A model generated the notes under the pieces. That model was not told the origin of the DNA and searched no databases. It saw only the letters and a program-made list of their open reading frames with translations. From Candidatus Iainarchaeum sp. (lineage in GTDB: Archaea > Iainarchaeota > Iainarchaeia > Iainarchaeales > JAGVWC01), in the NCBI GenBank assembly GCA_018304465.1, contig JAGVWC010000009.1:96001-160000 (forward strand): a DNA stretch of 64,000 nucleotides, given 5' to 3'. The position numbers and the translations under genes were made by a program. Below are positions 57,662 to 64,000 of the stretch, in pieces. Positions within the stretch are counted from its first letter, which is position 1, and each line of letters opens with the position of its first letter.

Positions 57662-58237
57662 GTGGATATCGATATTTTCGGGATTGTCATCGCGTTTTGC
57701 CTGATTTTGTTGGGGGCCGTGTCCGAGCGCTGGTGGTTTGTTTTTCTTTCGGCGCTCGTGTTTTTCGCGTTGTTTCCGACCATTACCACGTTTTGGATCC
57801 TGGTAGGCGCCATTATCCTCAGTTACATTTGGGCGAATTCGTTTGACGAGTTGTCGTCCCAGGGATTTTTGCTGATCATTGTTTTGATCGGAAGCGCGGT
57901 CATCGCGATTTCGCTGGGTGAAGTGTTCATTGGATTGTTGTTGTCCTTGGCGTTGGTGTTCTTGTTTTTGTTAACGCCAAGCGTGAAATTAAGCAAGAAA
58001 GTGTCGCGAAAAGCGCGTGAAGAATTCGACGATATTCACGCGGGTTTGAAAAAAACCAAGGGACAGCATCCGGATTTGTTCGGAACCGTGGAAAATCTTT
58101 CCAAGGACACCGGAGCGATTGCGGGAGAAGCGTGGGTCACGAATCCGAATCAAAAACTGGTTTCAAACGATTTGGTGACCCGGATTTCTCAGGGATCGAA
58201 AAACCTGTTGGACGGATTGGGAAAACTGTTCAAATAG
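57662..58237 (+). CDS. Membrane protein with soluble C-terminal helical tail
   Basis: Hydrophobic first 105 aa; N-terminus LILLGAVSERWWFV resembles LMLLGATYSEFWIV of the preceding gene. Confidence 0.75.
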   Translation: MDIDIFGIVIAFCLILLGAVSERWWFVFLSALVFFALFPTITTFWILVGAIILSYIWANSFDELSSQGFLLIIVLIGSAVIAISLGEVFIGLLLSLALVFLFLLTPSVKLSKKVSRKAREEFDDIHAGLKKTKGQHPDLFGTVENLSKDTGAIAGEAWVTNPNQKLVSNDLVTRISQGSKNLLDGLGKLFK

Positions 58238-58768
58238 TTATTTTCGTTCTTGTAGTTCGGTAACGATTTGGCGGTTGGTGTCCAGCAATTTGTCCATGAT
58301 GGTTTTGTAGGCGGCCATTTGGGTTTTCATGTCGTTGATTTCGTTTTCGAATCCGGCGATCCGGTTTTCGACGCGCGTGATGGAATCGCTTAATTGCAAG
58401 GCCGGCAATTCCGATATTTTGGCGAGTTTGGCGTCAAGGGATCGGAATTCTTCCAAAAGATTTTGAATCTGTTCGCTTTGTTCTTCGAGTACCACGTGCG
58501 TGGTCGCGTGCAAGGCTTCATCGTGGCTGGATTGGGGGGTTTGCGGCAATCCGGGTTCTTCGTCGTCTTCGGTTTCAAAATCGTCCGTTTCATCCGAAGA
58601 ATTGGTTGAAACGGAGGGAGTAGACGCGGTTTGTCCGCCTTGGAGGTATTCGTTTACTTCGTCTTTGCTTAAACCGATGTCTTGTAACGTGGATTCGATG
58701 ACGTGGTCGCTGATGCCAGACGATCGCATGCGCTGGATTGTTTCCATGACGACTTGTTTGTCCACCAT
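58238..58768 (-). CDS. Hypothetical protein: small N-terminal helical domain, acidic linker, coiled coil
   Basis: SGISDHVIESTLQDIGLSKDEV; heptad-rich C-terminal half; GGGTGA RBS. Confidence 0.8.
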   Translation of the reverse strand: MVDKQVVMETIQRMRSSGISDHVIESTLQDIGLSKDEVNEYLQGGQTASTPSVSTNSSDETDDFETEDDEEPGLPQTPQSSHDEALHATTHVVLEEQSEQIQNLLEEFRSLDAKLAKISELPALQLSDSITRVENRIAGFENEINDMKTQMAAYKTIMDKLLDTNRQIVTELQERK

Positions 58769-58900
58769 CGGGATTCACCCAGAATTCGTTAATAATAGGT
58801 TTTTGGGGTTTAAATTGGTTTACCTTCCAAAAAACGTGTTTTGAAAGGTCGGTAGTTTTTTTAACTTGAAAAACCTTATTTTCTCAAAAAAGGTGCGATT

Positions 58901-60412
58901 TTGAAGACGCCGGGCGGTCCGTGGGAAACGGTGTTTGCGGCCCAACAACCCGATGTGGATATTCGGGTGGAATTCAATGAAGAATCCCTGTTGCTGGTCA
59001 GCGTAACCGAAAAAAAGGACGGGAAAAACACAGGAGTCGTGTTGGATTTATTTCGGGCGTTTGTTTCCGAGACCAATCCCCAGACCTTGATTGAAAAGCT
59101 TCCGTTTCCCTGCATCGAATTCGGATTGCATACGGATGGATCCACGACGTACTGGATCGTGCTCGTGGACAGCGGAACGGTTTTTTCCGAACCGGATGAA
59201 GGAAAAATTTCGCGCTTGTTTTCCGAACAGAAAAAAAAACTGGAATCGATCGAAGAACAATTAAAACCCAGCGTGTTGGCGTTGGACCACAAATTCGAGT
59301 GGCTTAGTCACGCGCCGATGGATGTGCGAAGCGCGTTTTTCGGATCGCTTTTGGTGCCTCCGATGATTGTTTCGCGAACAAAAACGGGTCCCGCGCAACA
59401 GGCCCCGGTTGCGGTTTCGGGAACGATCATGCGTTTTGGGGAAATGAAAGTCGGCAAGACAAAAGACGGCGCCTTGGTACGCGAACCATTGGTGTTGCTG
59501 AAAAAAACGATTATCGTTGGCGGGACTCCAAAAGACCGTTCACGCGTACTGCGCGTCTTGATCGAAAGCGTGTTGTTATCCGGATCGGCGGCTGTGATCG
59601 TTGACTCGCAGAATTCGTTTTCGGGTTTGCGCGAACCCAATCCGAATGCCGCGGAAGTCGCGGAAAGCGGTTTTGAATTGACTCCGATCGGTTTTCCAAC
59701 CGAAGAATTCGAGGTTCCGAACAAGTTATGGGTGAATTTTTCGAACTTGGACATCGAATCGATGCTGGAATTGTATCGCGTCGGAAAAACTCCCGCGGCC
59801 AAAGTAATCAAAATGGTGTTTGATTTAGGCGTTGCCGCAAACTGGCGACAGCTGGTTGACACGATCAAGATTCAGTCCCCGGCCGCGGACGTGACGCGTT
59901 TTCATTTGAACAAGGCGATGCGTCTTGCCGCGCTAATCGATAACAGTTATCCGGGTTCTTTTAACGGTCCGAATAATATGTCGAATATCGCGCGTTCGCT
60001 TGAAACCGGTTTGGGCCGAGCGGCGATCGTTCATACGGACAAGATGGATAATCGATTGCGGTTGCTTGTTTTGCACGGGCTTGTGCGCGAATTACGGCAT
60101 TTTTTCGAACAATCGCCGAATCGTCAACCCTTGTCGTGCATGCTTTTTTTGCCGCAGGCCTCCGAGTTTTTTCCGTTTCGCGAAACCGCGCGAATTTCAA
60201 GGGTAATCGAGGAAGACCTCAACGCGATGGTGAACTTCGGCGTAGGCGTCACCGTGGTCGCGGAAAAAGGAATGGATTTGCACGAAACGATTCCGCGACA
60301 GATGGATTCGGAGTTTTCGATTGTTTCGGGAAAAGACGTGGGGCTTCGGATCGAAAAAAGAAAACCGTATCGCGTGATCATCCGAAATCCGCTGAGCCGA
60401 TTGTCCGAATAA
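58901..60412 (+). CDS. HerA/FtsK-like (DUF87/DUF853-type) protein with degenerate Walker motifs
   Basis: VGKTKDG..V...L..TIIVGGTPKDRS..VLIE..L..G..AVIVDSQNSFSGL follows the HerA N-terminal pattern; Walker B position reads LFLPQASEF; FGVGV..V. Confidence 0.65.
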   Translation: MKTPGGPWETVFAAQQPDVDIRVEFNEESLLLVSVTEKKDGKNTGVVLDLFRAFVSETNPQTLIEKLPFPCIEFGLHTDGSTTYWIVLVDSGTVFSEPDEGKISRLFSEQKKKLESIEEQLKPSVLALDHKFEWLSHAPMDVRSAFFGSLLVPPMIVSRTKTGPAQQAPVAVSGTIMRFGEMKVGKTKDGALVREPLVLLKKTIIVGGTPKDRSRVLRVLIESVLLSGSAAVIVDSQNSFSGLREPNPNAAEVAESGFELTPIGFPTEEFEVPNKLWVNFSNLDIESMLELYRVGKTPAAKVIKMVFDLGVAANWRQLVDTIKIQSPAADVTRFHLNKAMRLAALIDNSYPGSFNGPNNMSNIARSLETGLGRAAIVHTDKMDNRLRLLVLHGLVRELRHFFEQSPNRQPLSCMLFLPQASEFFPFRETARISRVIEEDLNAMVNFGVGVTVVAEKGMDLHETIPRQMDSEFSIVSGKDVGLRIEKRKPYRVIIRNPLSRLSE

Positions 60413-60415
60413 GAT

Positions 60416-60928
60416 TTATTTCCGTTTTTTCATTTTTTGTTCGAATAATTCGTCGAATTGTTTTAAGGTAATAAAATCCATGGGATTGATCGTGTCAATC
60501 ACGTATTTCATTTCTTTGAGCGCTTCGATTTTGGCGTAATGTTCTTTGACGTCGGATAATTCGTTTTGGAGTTCGAGCATTTTTTGGGCTTGGGTTTCGA
60601 CTTTTGCGGACAAATCTTTGAGCAGAACCGCGGTTTCGACGGAAACGCCGGAATTTTGTCCGCCGCCAATGCCGTTCGATTCGATTTCGCGGATGCGCTT
60701 GGATAAAACAATCAGGTTTCGGCCCAGGATTTTTTCATTGCGCACGAGGTACTGCATTTTTTGGCTTAAAATCAATACGCTGGAATTTAAGGCGCGGATG
60801 TCGGCTTGAAGTTGAGAAAAAACCGTGGCGGTTTGGGTTTGGGACGGCATTGAAGCGGGTCGACTGGTTTGGCCCGCAGACGCCGGTTGGCTGGGGGGCG
60901 CGGTTTGGACTCGTCGTTCGTGCACCAT
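60416..60928 (-). CDS. Hypothetical coiled-coil protein, divergent from polB
   Basis: Heptad-rich; C-terminal MKYVIDTINPMDFITLKQF. Confidence 0.75.
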   Translation of the reverse strand: MVHERRVQTAPPSQPASAGQTSRPASMPSQTQTATVFSQLQADIRALNSSVLILSQKMQYLVRNEKILGRNLIVLSKRIREIESNGIGGGQNSGVSVETAVLLKDLSAKVETQAQKMLELQNELSDVKEHYAKIEALKEMKYVIDTINPMDFITLKQFDELFEQKMKKRK

Positions 60929-61014
60929 AGGCAAAAAAACCCTTCGTTGTGCAAGAATAAACGCAGTCCATACTTAAAAAGATTTGTTTGCATATTCGAA
61001 TCGGACGGGGTTTA

Positions 61015-63429
61015 ATGGCCAAAACGGATGGTTTTCTGGTCGATGTCGATTACGAGTCCAATTCGTTGGGGGACTCGGTCATATCAGGTTTTTTCCGCAC
61101 ACCCGACGGGCTTGAACAGTTTTTCTTTCCGGAGTTCAAACCGTATTTGTTTGCGGCCTCTTTGAATTCGAATGCGTTGGAAGCGATTCGGGAAAAAAAG
61201 TTTGGACCGGATGGTTTTTCGGTTTTAAAAATCGAGGAAACCAAAAAATCCGGAAAAACCCTGATGAAGCTTTTTTTTAAAAGTACCAAAGAACTTGTGA
61301 TCGCCCGCGACGAATTACGCAACATGGGCATATCCATTTTTGAATTTGACATCCCGTTTGGAAAACGGTTTTTGGTGGATCATCCTATTGAACCCTATTG
61401 CGAATTCGACATCGAGTTCATCGAGGAAGCGGGAAAAAAAAACATGGTGAGTTTCAAACCCAAAAAAGAACAGCATGTGTTTGCCCCGAAAATGGCAGCC
61501 ATCGATATCGAAACGTATTCTCCGGGCCGGTTTCCAACGCCGCAAAAAGACGCGATTCTCATGATTTGCACGGCGTTACGCGATAAGAGCATCGTGTATA
61601 CTACACATCAAAAGGGAAGCGGACTGCCCGGCACGAAAGTGTTTGCAACAGAAAAAGAAATGCTTTCGGGGTTTTTTTCGGATTTGCGGGAAATGGATCT
61701 TGATGTGCTGATTACGTATAACGGGGATTCGTTTGACATGCCGTATTTGACGGAGCGCGCCAAATTGTTCGGACTCAAAGCGGATTTCGGGTTCGATGGT
61801 TCGGAGATTCAATTGAAGCGCAAAGGACTTGAAAACGCGGCGAAGCTCAAAGGCGTGCAGCACGTGGACGCGTATCAGACGATTTCGCTGTTGAGCCGAT
61901 TTGGCGCCGTGAGTCTGGTGAAAAAAGACCTGGAGTCCGTGGTCGCCGAATTGTTCGGTTACGCCAAGAAAAAAGTCCCGCCGGCCAAGATCAACGAAAT
62001 TTGGGATTCGGGAAACGGGTTCGAAGAACTGGTCATGTATAACCGCGAAGACGCGGAGTACACGCTGCGAATCATTTTGGAGTATTATCCGATGCTGCTT
62101 GAGTTGTCCAAAATTGTTCGGTTTTCCTTGTTTGACGTGTGCCGAAGCTCGGCGTCGCAGATCGTGGAAGGATTACTCTTGATCAAAAGTCAGGAAGAAT
62201 CCGCGTTTGTTCCAAACAAGCCGGATGAAAGCGAAGTGCATCAGCGCTTGTTGCAGTCCGTGATCGGCGGATACGTCAAGGAACCCGTGCCGGGGCTGCA
62301 TGAAAACATCGCAGTGCTGGACTTCCGGTCGCTGTATCCGAGCATCATCGTGAGTCATAATATTTCGCCGGATACCTACAAGGGAATCGCCCCCAAGGGA
62401 ACGAAAGGAAAAAATATTTCTCCGGAAGGGGATTGGTTTGCGGAGGACCGCGAGGGTTTTTTTGTCAGCATCGTGTCGAGTCTGTTGACGTTGCGAAGCA
62501 AGTACAAAAAAGAATACCAAAAAATCGATAAAAAAGATCCGAAAGCCCGTTTGATGTTTGGCCGGCAATGGGCGTTGAAAATTATTTTGAATTCGTTTTA
62601 CGGAACCATGGGATTCGCGTCGTTTCGCTGGTATTCGCGGGAATGCGCGCGAGCCGTCACCGCGTTTGCAAGACATTATATTCAAGATGTAAACGCCGAA
62701 GCCGAAAAAGACGGATTTCAGGCGCTTTACACGGATACAGATTCGGCGTTTCTGAAGATTCCCCGCGACAAGACTCATGAAAATGTCAGGGAATTCGTCA
62801 AAAAAGTCAACGCCAAACTGCCGGAGTCCATGGAACTTGAACTTGAGAATTTTTACCGTCGCGGAATTTTTGTGACGAAAAAAGACCCCAAAGGCGGCGC
62901 GGCCAAAAAGCGGTATGCATTGATCGATTACAACAACAATCTCAAGATCGTGGGTTTCGAATACGTACGGCGTGACTGGTCGACGATTGCCAAGCGCACG
63001 CAAAAAGACGTGATCGAGGCGCTGTTAAAGGAAGGAGATCCCCAAAAAAGCGTAGCGATCGTGCGCGAGGCGATTCGACGTTTAAAAGAAGGAAAAGTAC
63101 CGAAAAAAGAACTGGTGGTCTTGACGCAGATCAAGCGAAAACTCAACAAGTATGATTCGATCGGTCCGCATGTGGCGGCGGCAACGAAAGCGGTGGCGCG
63201 CGGTCGGGAAATCGAGGTTGGAAGCGTGATCGGTTTTGTGATCACGAAAGGAAACGGAAAAAGCATCTCGGAGAAAGCGGAACTGGAAGAGTATGTCAAG
63301 GAAGGAAATTACGACGCGGATTATTACATCAGCCACCAGGTCGTTCCGGCGGTCATCCGAATTTTGAACGAACTGGGATATTCCGAACAGGATTTGCTTG
63401 AAGGCGGAAAACAAAGCAAGTTGTTTTAG
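61015..63429 (+). CDS. polB: Family B DNA polymerase (archaeal PolB3-type) with 3'-5' exonuclease
   Basis: DIET, YNGDSFD, YNREDA (Exo I-III); DFRSLYPS, KIILNSFYG, YTDTDS; FEFDIPF uracil-pocket-like motif; C-terminal PIP-like QSKLF; no intein. Confidence 0.97.
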   Translation: MAKTDGFLVDVDYESNSLGDSVISGFFRTPDGLEQFFFPEFKPYLFAASLNSNALEAIREKKFGPDGFSVLKIEETKKSGKTLMKLFFKSTKELVIARDELRNMGISIFEFDIPFGKRFLVDHPIEPYCEFDIEFIEEAGKKNMVSFKPKKEQHVFAPKMAAIDIETYSPGRFPTPQKDAILMICTALRDKSIVYTTHQKGSGLPGTKVFATEKEMLSGFFSDLREMDLDVLITYNGDSFDMPYLTERAKLFGLKADFGFDGSEIQLKRKGLENAAKLKGVQHVDAYQTISLLSRFGAVSLVKKDLESVVAELFGYAKKKVPPAKINEIWDSGNGFEELVMYNREDAEYTLRIILEYYPMLLELSKIVRFSLFDVCRSSASQIVEGLLLIKSQEESAFVPNKPDESEVHQRLLQSVIGGYVKEPVPGLHENIAVLDFRSLYPSIIVSHNISPDTYKGIAPKGTKGKNISPEGDWFAEDREGFFVSIVSSLLTLRSKYKKEYQKIDKKDPKARLMFGRQWALKIILNSFYGTMGFASFRWYSRECARAVTAFARHYIQDVNAEAEKDGFQALYTDTDSAFLKIPRDKTHENVREFVKKVNAKLPESMELELENFYRRGIFVTKKDPKGGAAKKRYALIDYNNNLKIVGFEYVRRDWSTIAKRTQKDVIEALLKEGDPQKSVAIVREAIRRLKEGKVPKKELVVLTQIKRKLNKYDSIGPHVAAATKAVARGREIEVGSVIGFVITKGNGKSISEKAELEEYVKEGNYDADYYISHQVVPAVIRILNELGYSEQDLLEGGKQSKLF

Positions 63430-63537
63430 GTGTATTGAAACAAAAAAAAAGAGCGTTCTTCTACATAACTTGTTTTCGATTTTGCCTTTTTTCCCCTCGC
63501 ACCGTGTTTTTAATTATTTTTATGGAAAAGTAATGGT

Positions 63538-64000
63538 ATGGATTATTCTGTTCGCAAGAATTACGAGTTGGCCGGCAAGATTCACAAAGCCGCGATGAAA
63601 AAAGCCGAAAAAAACGTGCAACCGGAAAAAAAGCTGCTTAATATCGCCGAAGAACTGGAACAGTTTTTGCTTGAACAGGTCGCTGAAACCAAAAAAGAAG
63701 GCGGGCTTGCGTTCCCCGTGAATTTGTCGGTGAATCACGAGGCCGCGCACGCGACGCCGGGGATTTCCGACGAAACCGTTTTGCTGCAAACGGATCTGCT
63801 TAAAGTCGACATCGGAGTGCACATCGATGGATTCATTGCGGATGGCGCGAAATCGTTTAATTTTTCGAATGACCATGCCAAGCAAATCGAAGCCAACGAA
63901 GCGGCGTTGGAAGCCGCGTTGTCGATGGTAAAACCCGGTGCGGAAATCAAAAAGGTCGGCGAAGTCGTGGAGCCGTTATTGGAAAAAGCGGGTTTCAAAG
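63538..64000 (+). CDS. map: Type II methionine aminopeptidase (3' end outside window)
   Basis: Translated by hand: MDYSVRKNYELAGKIH..LAFPVNLSVNHEAAHATP..DLLKVDIGVHIDGFIADGA. Confidence 0.95.
   Translation, partial: MDYSVRKNYELAGKIHKAAMKKAEKNVQPEKKLLNIAEELEQFLLEQVAETKKEGGLAFPVNLSVNHEAAHATPGISDETVLLQTDLLKVDIGVHIDGFIADGAKSFNFSNDHAKQIEANEAALEAALSMVKPGAEIKKVGEVVEPLLEKAGFK

Noticed and set aside
1-64000. CRISPR array, tRNA, rRNA, IS or provirus
   Set aside because: Intergenic gaps are almost all under about 130 nt, with no spaced repeats or cloverleaf seen; no transposase, integrase or capsid motif

Overview
Archaeal chromosome segment, most likely from a DPANN lineage such as Diapherotrites or Micrarchaeota (inference from gene content and style, not from a database search). 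Housekeeping genes sit at the edges: a P-type IIA ATPase C-terminus, a CTP-dependent riboflavin kinase, a PAC2 proteasome chaperone, family-B DNA polymerase and the start of a type II methionine aminopeptidase. About 55 kb between them is almost entirely cell-surface machinery. It holds two type IV pilus/Tad modules: a minimal TadA + two-platform operon, and a larger operon whose ATPase carries a 515-aa LAGLIDADG intein, followed by a 789-aa platform and six pilin-like genes, one missed by the ORF track. It also holds an exosortase/archaeosortase next to a Cys-rich VPET-tailed target, and a 1535-aa C-terminally anchored protein. Three paralogous giant proteins of about 2550-2680 aa share an N-terminal 'EDxYYxxLDWLDSKGVPVY..PSFP' motif; two of them are split by single -1 frameshifts. 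The rest comprises a Cys-repeat/beta-helix surface protein, an array of small paralogous membrane proteins and a catalytically degenerate HerA-like protein. No rRNA, tRNA, CRISPR array or IS element was recognised.
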